Shown: positions 55,915 through 64,000 of the stretch, one piece after another | Numbering within the stretch: position 1 is the first letter of the stretch | How the letters are laid out: every line of letters begins with the position of its first letter | NCBI GenBank assembly: GCA_963823335.1 | Contig: CAWGLD010000005.1 | Span: 416,001 to 480,000, forward strand | Direction: 5' to 3' | Length of the DNA: 64,000 bases | Source of the DNA: an uncultured delta proteobacterium | GTDB taxonomy: Bacteria; Desulfobacterota; Desulfobacteria; Desulfobacterales; B30-G6 | Program-made: the position numbers and the translations under genes | Notes under the pieces: generated by a model | Told to the model about the DNA's origin: nothing | Databases searched by the model: none | What the model saw: only the letters and a program-made list of their open reading frames with translations

Positions 55915-56315
55915 TATTACATGTATTACCTAATTGCAACTCAAAACAGTTAACTATAGCGAATTTATTTACCAACAGCCTTTCAGCTCTTAATCCTTAT
56001 GTCCGGCAAACATTGACATTTATATCAAAAAATGCTATTTATTCTGAAAAAGTCTGCTGATAACTGGTAAAGTTTTACATAATGTGGAAGCGATTTCCGA
56101 ATTCTTATAATAGACCAGGCTTAGAAAGAAATACATTTTCAACTAACTGTAATCGCAACAAAAAGTAAGTTTATCTCGTATTGGTCGTCCTCGACCTGCG
56201 ATATGTGCCGCAGCAATTCTGGGACTGGTATATTCGTATGCGACGTTGTCAATGAAACCTTTTCAGCCAGCATCTTCAACGATAACATCCCTTTTTATTC
56301 AGTGATCTATCCGAA

Positions 56316-56331
56316 AGGCATGGAATTTGCT
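56316..56331 (+). promoter_or_regulatory. Putative sigma54 (-24/-12) promoter of the EPS operon
   Basis: AGGCATG-GAAT-TTGCT (GG-N10-GC) about 60 nt upstream of 56389; a sigma70-like TTGACA-17-TATTTA also lies at 56013-56041. Confidence 0.65.
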
Positions 56332-56388
56332 TGATACCATGGAACTTGGAACTGCTTCCATAAATTCTATCGAGATTCGGTCTGATTT

Positions 56389-57798
56389 ATGCTTGAGAAA
56401 AAACAAAATAGAATCGTCATTCTTGAAGAAAATCATACACGTCGGGATTATCTGAAGTCCATCGTATCGCAAGGCTCGGACCTGGCGTTTTGTTTTGGGC
56501 AGGTGGCCAGTTGTTTTGATAACGTGTTTCATCTCAACCCGGACCTCATCGTGGTGGGGTCCTTGCCACGTGAGGACATCATCCGATTTATCAATGCCCA
56601 TAGTGCTACACAATGCGATTTTCCTTCCATTCTGATCACCAAAGATACGATTGTTAAGCGTTATCTCGAGCTCAACAACGGCCGAGGAATTTTTGCTTGT
56701 GATTCGGAACTGAGCCTTGCCCGGAACAAAAAATCTGCATCTAAAATATATAATAATCCTCAGCATCTATATACTGGAGAAGACTCACCCATTCTTGTCG
56801 GCAGCAGTTCATGGGTATCGGAGATTAGAGCGGCACTGCCAGGTTTGATTCGGTCGCATGAAAATGTGCTTATCCAGGGTGAAAAGGGTGCTGGCAAGGA
56901 ATTTCTCGCTCGAATCATTCACTTTGGTGAAGAGCAATATGCACACGGTGTGTTTGCCAAGATGTCGGCGTCCCTGCTCCAAGGTTGCGCGTCACGAGTC
57001 TCATTGATCGACAATCTACGGAACACCTGTGCCTCCATGGATCTGAGCCTTCGCGGAAAGGAAAATAAAGGGGTTCCGGTCACACTCTATATTGACGAGC
57101 TGTGTGACATCCCCGAGTTTCTACAACGTGATATTTTGATGCTCATAAACTGCGAGAGGATAAACGACAGCGTCAAAGAAAATATGAACATTGAAAACCT
57201 GCGGCTGCTTGCCGGTACGAGTGTGGATACTGATAAAATAGTTTCCGGCGAGATCCTAAGAAAAGATATATTTTATCGCCTCAACGTGTTAAAGATTAGC
57301 GTGCCGCCGTTGAGGCATAGAAAAGAAGACATACCCTTTATCATCGACTTTTTGGTGTACAGATATTGCAAACGGTATGGGAAAAGCTACTTTGAAATGC
57401 CGGGGAAAGCCAAACAAGCATTTTTACAATATCACTGGCCTGGAAACATGCGTGAAATGGAAGAAGTGGTCAAACGTATGGTGCTCGGGGGTGAAAACCA
57501 GACCTTGCTGAAGAATATTCTGCCCCAAGAGACCCCTATAGATACGAGGCCACCTGGCATGTGGTTGGAAAGCCTGCGCTTTATCGATCAAACCATCAGC
57601 GCCAAGGAATATTTAAACTTTGCAGGAAATAGGCCGATGAAACAGATATCTGCCGAATTTATGGCCGAAGTCGAAAAGAAAGTGATGAAGAGCGCGCTTT
57701 CGTCAACCAACTGGAATCGAAAAAGGGCGGCGTCTATATTGAATATCAGCTACAAGTCGATTCTGAATAAAATCAAATACTATGGATTAGTTTCATGA
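56389..57798 (+). CDS. Atypical NtrC-like regulator: degenerate receiver, AAA+ lacking GAFTGA, Fis HTH
   Basis: GEKGAGKE, LYIDEL, RKDIFYRL and WPGNMREM present; ESELFG/GAFTGA absent; no acidic residue at the phosphoacceptor position (LIVVGS). Confidence 0.82.
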   Translation: MLEKKQNRIVILEENHTRRDYLKSIVSQGSDLAFCFGQVASCFDNVFHLNPDLIVVGSLPREDIIRFINAHSATQCDFPSILITKDTIVKRYLELNNGRGIFACDSELSLARNKKSASKIYNNPQHLYTGEDSPILVGSSSWVSEIRAALPGLIRSHENVLIQGEKGAGKEFLARIIHFGEEQYAHGVFAKMSASLLQGCASRVSLIDNLRNTCASMDLSLRGKENKGVPVTLYIDELCDIPEFLQRDILMLINCERINDSVKENMNIENLRLLAGTSVDTDKIVSGEILRKDIFYRLNVLKISVPPLRHRKEDIPFIIDFLVYRYCKRYGKSYFEMPGKAKQAFLQYHWPGNMREMEEVVKRMVLGGENQTLLKNILPQETPIDTRPPGMWLESLRFIDQTISAKEYLNFAGNRPMKQISAEFMAEVEKKVMKSALSSTNWNRKRAASILNISYKSILNKIKYYGLVS

Positions 57799-59417
57799 AC
57801 CAGACAACAGATACGCTAAACCCCATGCAGATTATCGACATCGTGAAACGGCGGCGCTGGTATTTAATGCTGCCTTTTTTCGCGTCGTTGATCGTTGGAA
57901 TCGTTTTGGCCATTGTCTTGCCAAAAGTTTACGTGGCGAGCACCATGATTTTGGTGCAACCTCAAAAGGTTCCAGATGAATATGTCCGTTCCATCGTTTC
58001 CACCGACATCGATTCCAGGATCAACACCATATCCCAGCAGATCTTGAGCCGTTCGAACATCGAGCGGATTATAAAAGAATTCAATCTGTTCTCCGAGGTC
58101 AATCAACAGAATATGTTCATGGAGGACAAGGTCGAGCTCATGCGTAAATGGATATCGGTGGATTTGATTCGTGAAGATCGCCGCGGTCCGGCCGACGCAT
58201 TTTCAATTTCATTCAGAGGTACGGATCCGGACCTTGTGATGCGAGTTACCAATGCACTGGCTTCCTATTTTATCAATGAGAATCTACGGGTTCGCGAGGA
58301 ACAAGCCTCAGGTACCAGTGATTTTCTGGATGACGAGCTTGGTGACACCCGCTTGAAACTGGAAAAACAGGAAGAGGCACTCAAGGAATATCGGGCCCGG
58401 TACATGGGAGGACTTCCTGAGCAGCTTCAAACCAATTTGCGTATTCTGGAAGGGTTACAGCTCCAGCAAAACATCAAGAACGAAGCCTTACGCTTCGCCA
58501 AGAACAATCTTTTGCTACTGGAGAAACAGATTGAAGAAAGCACAATTATACGTAATTCAAACACCGGAAACTTTTCCGGTGTTATCCAGGATGACAGGTC
58601 TGAAAATCAAATCAAGCTGGAACAGCTTGAAAACCAGTTAACGGAGCTCGAGTTGAATTATACGCCGCGGCACCCGGACATCATTCGACTGAAAAAACAG
58701 ATCGAAGATTTGACGGCAAAGATTGCCGCCGAAACAGATAGCGCTCCGGAAAAACCAGCCCCACAGGTCATCTTCAGCAGTGGCCAGAACCGGCTGATGG
58801 ATGAGCGATCACGGCAGTTGCTGGAACGGGAAGATTTAAAACTTCAAATTGCAGGTCTGGAGTCCGAAATAAAAAAGAACGAAGGCCAGATGCTGCACTA
58901 CCAACGCATGGTAGAGGACACGCCGAAAAGAGAACAGGAATTGATTTCTCTGAACCGGGACTACCAAAACATCAAGGCCAGTTATGATTCCTTGCTGAGT
59001 CGCAAGCTGGAGTCGGACATTGCCGTCAACATGGAAAAAAAGCAAAAAGGTGAGCAATTCCGTATCCTGGATCCGGCCAAGTTCCCCGAGAAACCGAGCG
59101 AGCCGGATATGAAAAAAATGTTTGTGATGGTGCTTGCGGCAGGTCTGGGGATTGGTGCCGGTTGGATATTTTTGTTGGAGTACATGGATACCTCGTTCCG
59201 AAAACCGGAAGGTGTGGAAGCAGCGCTGGGTGTCCCGGTGTTGTGCACCATTCCACAACTGTTTCAAGCCAGGGAACTGAGACTGGGGCGTATCAACCAT
59301 GTGCTTTTCGCTGTTTCAGCCCTGGTCTCGTTGGGTCTCTTTTTGGGGTTTGCAGCTTTGACCCTAAAGGGCGTTGACAAGACGCTGGCATTTGTGCGGC
59401 AGTTTGTAGATATATAA
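57795..59417 (+). CDS. Polysaccharide co-polymerase/chain-length determinant (Wzc-N/GumC-like)
   Basis: Two TM helices flanking a coiled coil; LPKVY, YTPRHPDI, FRILDPAKFPEKP. Confidence 0.9.
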   Translation: MNQTTDTLNPMQIIDIVKRRRWYLMLPFFASLIVGIVLAIVLPKVYVASTMILVQPQKVPDEYVRSIVSTDIDSRINTISQQILSRSNIERIIKEFNLFSEVNQQNMFMEDKVELMRKWISVDLIREDRRGPADAFSISFRGTDPDLVMRVTNALASYFINENLRVREEQASGTSDFLDDELGDTRLKLEKQEEALKEYRARYMGGLPEQLQTNLRILEGLQLQQNIKNEALRFAKNNLLLLEKQIEESTIIRNSNTGNFSGVIQDDRSENQIKLEQLENQLTELELNYTPRHPDIIRLKKQIEDLTAKIAAETDSAPEKPAPQVIFSSGQNRLMDERSRQLLEREDLKLQIAGLESEIKKNEGQMLHYQRMVEDTPKREQELISLNRDYQNIKASYDSLLSRKLESDIAVNMEKKQKGEQFRILDPAKFPEKPSEPDMKKMFVMVLAAGLGIGAGWIFLLEYMDTSFRKPEGVEAALGVPVLCTIPQLFQARELRLGRINHVLFAVSALVSLGLFLGFAALTLKGVDKTLAFVRQFVDI

Positions 59418-59477
59418 GAGGAGGTCATAGCTAATAGGATATAGCTGACAGTTTGGTGAAAATTAACAAAGCGAGGT

Positions 59478-60332
59478 ATGAGGTTGGGCAAAATTAACGA
59501 TGCACTGGAAAAAAGCCGGCAACAACGCGAAACGACTGTTCACGGGACAAAGGGATCGGTGGTTGACTTTTACGAAAAAACCGGAAAGTCAAGCGAACAT
59601 GAAAATGTTCCCAACACTATGATATTCAATGCAAAAATAGACCAGAACCTTGTGACGCTTCTGAAGCCCCGTTCGATCGAATCTGAAATGTTCAAGATTC
59701 TGCGTGGCAATATCCTGTTTCCGGCCAGTGGAAAACCGCCACGGTCCATCCTGGTAACGAGCGCAGTTCCGGGAGAAGGGAAATCATTTGTGTCGACCAA
59801 TCTGGCAGTCAGTATCGCCCAGAACATCAATGAGCATGTATTTCTCATGGATTGCGATATCCGAAAACCCAGCGTGCATCGTGCCTTGGGGCTGGATGAT
59901 AAGCCTGGGCTGGCCGAGTATTTATCTGATGACCTGCCGCTGGAATCGCTCCTGGTGAGGACCCAGGTGAAAAAGCTGACCATATTGCCCGGCGGCAGAC
60001 CTCCGCACAATCCGGCCGAACTGTTATCGTCCCAAAAGATGTCGGCATTGCTGAAAGAGGTCAGGGAGCGCTACGGGGATCGATATGTCATTATTGATTC
60101 ACCGCCACCGCAGTTAACGGCCGAGACCAGTGCAATTGCCAGACAGGTTGACGGCATTATCATCGTCTTGAAATCCGGCAGCACACCCCGTGAGATGGTT
60201 ATTGAACTTGTGGAGACCCTGGGAAAAGAAAAAATCATCGGATGCGTGATGAACTGGTTTGATCTGAGTTCCTCAACATATTACGGCTACGGAAAATACG
60301 GAAAGTACGGCAAATATTACAGCACCCAATAG
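59478..60332 (+). CDS. BY-kinase (CpsD/CapB-type tyrosine autokinase)
   Basis: TSAVPGEGKS, DCDIRKP, IDSPP; C-terminal Tyr cluster YYGYGKYGKYY. Confidence 0.93.
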   Translation: MRLGKINDALEKSRQQRETTVHGTKGSVVDFYEKTGKSSEHENVPNTMIFNAKIDQNLVTLLKPRSIESEMFKILRGNILFPASGKPPRSILVTSAVPGEGKSFVSTNLAVSIAQNINEHVFLMDCDIRKPSVHRALGLDDKPGLAEYLSDDLPLESLLVRTQVKKLTILPGGRPPHNPAELLSSQKMSALLKEVRERYGDRYVIIDSPPPQLTAETSAIARQVDGIIIVLKSGSTPREMVIELVETLGKEKIIGCVMNWFDLSSSTYYGYGKYGKYGKYYSTQ

Positions 60333-60412
60333 GGCATATATTTAATTGTCTTGTGAATATTACGACTATCAATAATACCAATAATTATTGTTTGGCATGA
60401 AAAAAATAAGAA

Positions 60413-60488
60413 TATGCCCGAAGGGTATGATGAATGATCATCGATCAGGTCGATCGATGATTGTCTGCGTATGTCTGCGGCAAAATAA
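60413..60488 (+). repeat. Right-end fragment of the ~270-bp element R5
   Basis: atgcccgaagggtat..atcatcgatcaggtcgatcgatgattgtctg matches 62501-62555. Confidence 0.8.
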
Positions 60489-60492
60489 ATAG

Positions 60493-60564
60493 AACTCAAT
60501 GAACCCAACAAACTCAATAAACCCAACAAACTAAACAAACCCAATGAACCCAATAAACTCAAAA
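60493..60564 (+). repeat. Eight tandem 9-mers (AACYCAAYR) spanning the sat-cysC start codon
   Basis: aactcaatg aacccaaca aactcaata aacccaaca aactaaaca aacccaatg aacccaata aactcaaaa. Confidence 0.85.
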
Positions 60565-62265
60565 AACCAGACCCCCCACGGTGGTAAACTCATCAACCTG
60601 CTTGTGGACCACCCACGTGCCACCAAGCTCAAAGAAGTGGCACAGAGTTTGCCGGATATTATTCTGAACGATCGCCAGCTGTGCGATCTCGAGATGCTGG
60701 CAACAGGCGCATTCAGCCCGCTGACAGGGTTCATGTGCCGGACAGACTACGAGTCTGTTCTGGACCGCATGCGTCTACAAGACAACACCTTATGGCCTAT
60801 ACCCATCTGCCTGGATATTTCGGAGACCAAGGCCGGCACCCTGGAAGTCGGCCAGTCCGTTTCCCTGCGGGATCCCGAAGGCTTTCTGCTGGCGATCCTG
60901 CACATCGAGGACATGTGGCCGGTGGAAAAGGAAAAGGAAGCTACGCTTGTGTACGGCACGCTGGACAGCAGGCACGACGGTGTGGGGCATGTTTTCAATA
61001 CGACCAAAACCTGTTATGTGGGTGGGCGGATCGACGTCTTGAGCCTGCCGATCCATTCGGATTTCAATCAGCTGCGCTTGACACCTGTGGAGATACGGCA
61101 ACTATTTGAAAAGCTCAACTGGCAGAGGGTCGTCTGCTTTCAGACAAGAAACCCTATTCATCGTCCCCACTTTGAAATGACCATTCGGGCCATGCGGCAT
61201 GCCAAGGCCAACATCCTGATTCACCCCGTGGTGGGTATGACCAAAACCGGCGATTTTGATCATTTCACCCGGGTTCGGTGTTACCGTTCCATTGCCGACC
61301 ATTATCCACCCAACAGTTGGATGCTGAATCTGCTACCGTTTGCCATGCGACTGGCGGGTCCCCGGGAGGCTCTCCTCGATACCATTATCGCAAAAAATTA
61401 CGGCTGCACCCATTTTATCGTGGGAAGAGGACACGCCAGCCCGGGGAACGATGGTAATGGAGAACTGTTCTACGAAAAAAACGAAGCCCAGAAGCTTGCC
61501 GAAGCATTCAGCCAGGAAATCGGTATGAGCATCGTGCCCTTTGAAGAACTGGTGTACCTGCCTTTCGAAGACGAATACAAGACGGTGGATCAGGTGCCCG
61601 AAGGCGCCCAAACAATCTCACTTTCCGGCAGCGACATCCGCCAGCGTATCCGCAGTGGCAAAAAAATACCGGACTGGGCCACGTTCCCGGAAGTCATGGC
61701 CGAACTTCAAAAGGCCTATCCACCCCCCAAAAAACAGGGGGTCACCATTTTCATGACCGGACTTTCCGGCTCTGGAAAATCGACCATCGCCAAGGTGCTT
61801 TATGCAAGATTCCAGGAGATCGGCGAACGACCGGTGACGCTTTTGGACGGGGATATTGTGCGTCGCAACCTTTCCAGTCAACTGAGTTTTTCAAAGGAAG
61901 ACCGGGATACCAACGTGCGACGCATCGGATTTGTGGCCAGTGAAATTACCAAAAACAGGGGCATCGCCATCTGCGCTCCCATTGCGCCCTACACGGCCAC
62001 AAGACAGGAGATCAGGAAAATCATTGAAGAATACGGGGGCTTTATCGAAGTGCATGTGGCAACACCTCTCGAAGAGTGCGAAAAACGGGACCGCAAAGGC
62101 ATGTATGCCAAAGCCAGGGCAGGCTTGATCAAAGGGTTCACAGGTGTCGACGACCCCTATGAGGTTCCTGAATCGCCCGAAGTAAAAATCGACACCACCC
62201 ACATTACCCCCGAAGAAGCCGCCCAGGAAGTGCTGCTGTATCTGGGACATAAGGGATATATTTAG
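60544..62265 (+). CDS. sat/cysC: Bifunctional ATP sulfurylase / APS kinase (PAPS synthase)
   Basis: PHGG, FQTRNPIH, AGPREA, GCTHFIVGR; C-terminal TGLSGSGKST, LDGD, PIAPY, FTGVDDPYE. Confidence 0.93.
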   Translation: MNPINSKNQTPHGGKLINLLVDHPRATKLKEVAQSLPDIILNDRQLCDLEMLATGAFSPLTGFMCRTDYESVLDRMRLQDNTLWPIPICLDISETKAGTLEVGQSVSLRDPEGFLLAILHIEDMWPVEKEKEATLVYGTLDSRHDGVGHVFNTTKTCYVGGRIDVLSLPIHSDFNQLRLTPVEIRQLFEKLNWQRVVCFQTRNPIHRPHFEMTIRAMRHAKANILIHPVVGMTKTGDFDHFTRVRCYRSIADHYPPNSWMLNLLPFAMRLAGPREALLDTIIAKNYGCTHFIVGRGHASPGNDGNGELFYEKNEAQKLAEAFSQEIGMSIVPFEELVYLPFEDEYKTVDQVPEGAQTISLSGSDIRQRIRSGKKIPDWATFPEVMAELQKAYPPPKKQGVTIFMTGLSGSGKSTIAKVLYARFQEIGERPVTLLDGDIVRRNLSSQLSFSKEDRDTNVRRIGFVASEITKNRGIAICAPIAPYTATRQEIRKIIEEYGGFIEVHVATPLEECEKRDRKGMYAKARAGLIKGFTGVDDPYEVPESPEVKIDTTHITPEEAAQEVLLYLGHKGYI

Positions 62266-62339
62266 ATCAATTTTTAATTTTGAGTTTTTAATTTTGAATT
62301 GCGGTAGGAGATTGGTGATAGTCTGTATTTTAATATCTT

Positions 62340-62601
62340 TTAGCCACAGACCCACACAGACATTCACAGACATTTTATTTTTCTCTTCGATCGACTTGAT
62401 CGAAGAGAACCAATCACTCTATCGCGAAATTTAACAAGTCTATGATTCGAGAAACATCAAACTTGCCAGAATGTTATATTGGAATGATCAATAGATAAAA
62501 ATGCCCGAAGGGCATGATGATTAATCATCGATCAAGTCGATCGATGATTGTCTGTGTCAGTCCGTGTGCTCAGGGGGTAAAAGAATGTAATCTGTGGCTA
62601 A
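62340..62601 (+). mobile_element. MITE-like element R5, copy 1
   Basis: TIR TTAGCCACAG / CTGTGGCTAA; several internal palindromes; homologous to 63224-63508. Confidence 0.75.
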
Positions 62602-62616
62602 TAAAAAGGAAAACCA

Positions 62617-63196
62617 ATGAAAAAATACTTCACCTATATAACCATATTCCTTGCTGTCAGTTTCATCTTTGTCAACACGCACCCGTGTCTTCGCCCAGGA
62701 GGAAGCCAAGGACACCTACCTCATCGGCAGTGGTGACATCCTCGAAATCACCACCTGGAAAGAAGTCGATTTTACCCGGGAGGAAATTCTCGTGCGTCTG
62801 GATGGTATGATTACTTTCCCGTTAATAAATGACATCCTGGCCAAGGGCCGAACTTCCATGCAGGTAAAGCAGGATATCGAGGAGAAGCTCAAAGATTACG
62901 TTGAAAGCCCCATTGTAACGGTTACCGTGCGGACATCCGGCAGCAAGCGTTTTTACATCCTGGGAGAGGTCGTCAACACCGGTGAATACCCGCTTGTAAA
63001 GGGTTTGACGGTTCTGCAGGCCTTTGCTCTGGCCGGTGGTTTCACCGAGTGGGCTTCTAAAAAAGAAATCATCCTCATGCGTAACGAAGACGGCCAGGAA
63101 AAGATATTCCGTGTCAATTACAAGGACATCATCAAAGGCAAAGACACCAGTCAGAACATCAAAATTCAGCCCGACGACACCATAATCGTGCCGTAG
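62617..63196 (+). pseudogene. Short OPX/Wza-like polysaccharide export protein with a +1 frameshift in the signal peptide
   Basis: ATG 62617 (AAGGA RBS) gives MKKYFTYITIFLAVSFIFVNTHP; the mature frame VFAQEE..YLIGSGDILEI..DGMITFPL..ALAGG..DTIIVP resumes one base later. Confidence 0.75.
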
Positions 63197-63223
63197 GGTA
63201 GGTTATGAAGCATAATGATCTTC

Positions 63224-63508
63224 TATATTTAGCCACGAGCAGGATATACAGAAATTTATATTTATTTATTCGAGGACTTGATCGAATAAAAACAATCATC
63301 GCTTCGCGAAAGCAAACCAAGATTCTAATAAACCTATGATTGTAGAAACATCAAATTTGTCGGAGAATTTTCTTGAAATGATAAAAGATTTTAAGTTGCC
63401 CAAAGGGCATGAGATTTAATCATCGATCAGGTCGATCGATGATTGTCTGTGTCGGTCCGTGTACCCCTCAAGGGGGTAGTATACAGAATGTGTCTGTGGC
63501 TAAATATA
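63224..63508 (+). mobile_element. MITE-like element R5, copy 2
   Basis: Perfect 13-bp TIR TATATTTAGCCAC / GTGGCTAAATATA; same internal palindromes as copy 1. Confidence 0.75.
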
Positions 63509-63538
63509 AAGAACTTGAGCTTTTGTGGTGAAAAAAAC

Positions 63539-64000
63539 ATGAACTGTAAATCGATCTTTTTTGTCTTGCTCTTCCTGATAATATTATTGCCGATATCGTA
63601 TTCGGCTGCATATCAGGTAACGTTTCAACCTCGCTTGACCTTAAGAACCGAATACACGGACAACCTTGAAAGGGAAAACAATAACGAGAAGGATGACATC
63701 ATCACCACCGTGTCTCCGGGCTTTACCCTTTCCGCTTTCGGACAAACACAGGGCCTCAACCTGGCTTACGACCCGGCCTATGCCTGGTACCGGGATAATT
63801 CGAAATATAACTCACCGCGGCACACAGTCAACCTGGGTATCTGGAAACAGGCCACCCGCAACACCCGGCTCTACATCAATGACGCTTTCTTCTACACCGA
63901 AGACCCCGGGGTGGAAGATTTCAACACCGATGCCGAAGACCGGCGGGGTCGGGAACCCTACTACACGAACACCGCCACCGTGGGCATGACCAACCAGTTC
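63539..64000 (+). CDS. Outer-membrane beta-barrel for polysaccharide export (partial; not in ORF track)
   Basis: Manual translation MNCKSIFFVLLFLIILLPISYSAAYQVTFQPRLTLRTEYTDN...DDIITTVSPGF...; signal peptide and alternating beta-strands; open to window end. Confidence 0.82.
   Translation, partial: MNCKSIFFVLLFLIILLPISYSAAYQVTFQPRLTLRTEYTDNLERENNNEKDDIITTVSPGFTLSAFGQTQGLNLAYDPAYAWYRDNSKYNSPRHTVNLGIWKQATRNTRLYINDAFFYTEDPGVEDFNTDAEDRRGREPYYTNTATVGMTNQF

Noticed and set aside
62514-62810. Short ORFs arising inside repeat elements (also 14965-15147, 15981-16289, 43722-43916, 45340-45642)
   Set aside because: They translate repeat DNA and show no RBS or protein-like features
60413-63508. Integron attC sites between EPS genes
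   Set aside because: No RYYYAAC/GTTRRRY core pair, the elements are too long, and there is no intI in the window
1-64000. CRISPR array
   Set aside because: Repeats are dispersed or short-period tandem; there is no regular repeat-spacer array and no cas gene

Overview
A gene-dense chromosomal window from an anaerobic deltaproteobacterium, probably a Desulfobacterales-type sulfate reducer (inferred from gene content, not from a search). (1) 1-18 kb is mostly housekeeping: coaBC, family-4 UDG, nfeD/stomatin, xerC, argD, argH, lysA, dapF, folK, pgsA, tRNA-Gly and tRNA-Cys, preceded by an EHD-like P-loop ATPase with membrane helices. (2) 18.4-20.1 kb holds a metallophosphoesterase coupled to a ParB-like/DUF4032-like/AsnC fusion. 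(3) 20.5-35.8 kb is a complete class II (tungsten) benzoyl-CoA reductase operon bamBCDEFGHI. It has two in-frame UGA selenocysteine codons that the ORF track splits, and is followed by etfBA and a membrane Fe-S oxidoreductase. (4) 36-46 kb has accessory genes: CPBP protease, UbiA, adenine deaminase, a solo ATPase, a DUF6125-like protein, a DUF2080-GNAT pair, and a 2-hydroxyacyl-CoA dehydratase/class-I-BCR-like trio. (5) 46-56 kb has a frameshifted sensor kinase, a subtilase lipoprotein with a PrcB-like partner, an orphan sRNA candidate and regulators. (6) 56-64 kb starts an exopolysaccharide locus with a candidate sigma54 promoter and PAPS synthase; its wza-like gene is frameshifted. Many intergenic gaps carry one of about 7 families of small non-coding repeats, including MITEs with target-site duplications and a shared internal hairpin core. 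I saw no transposase, CRISPR array or rRNA. All family assignments come from motif recognition by eye; no database searches were run.
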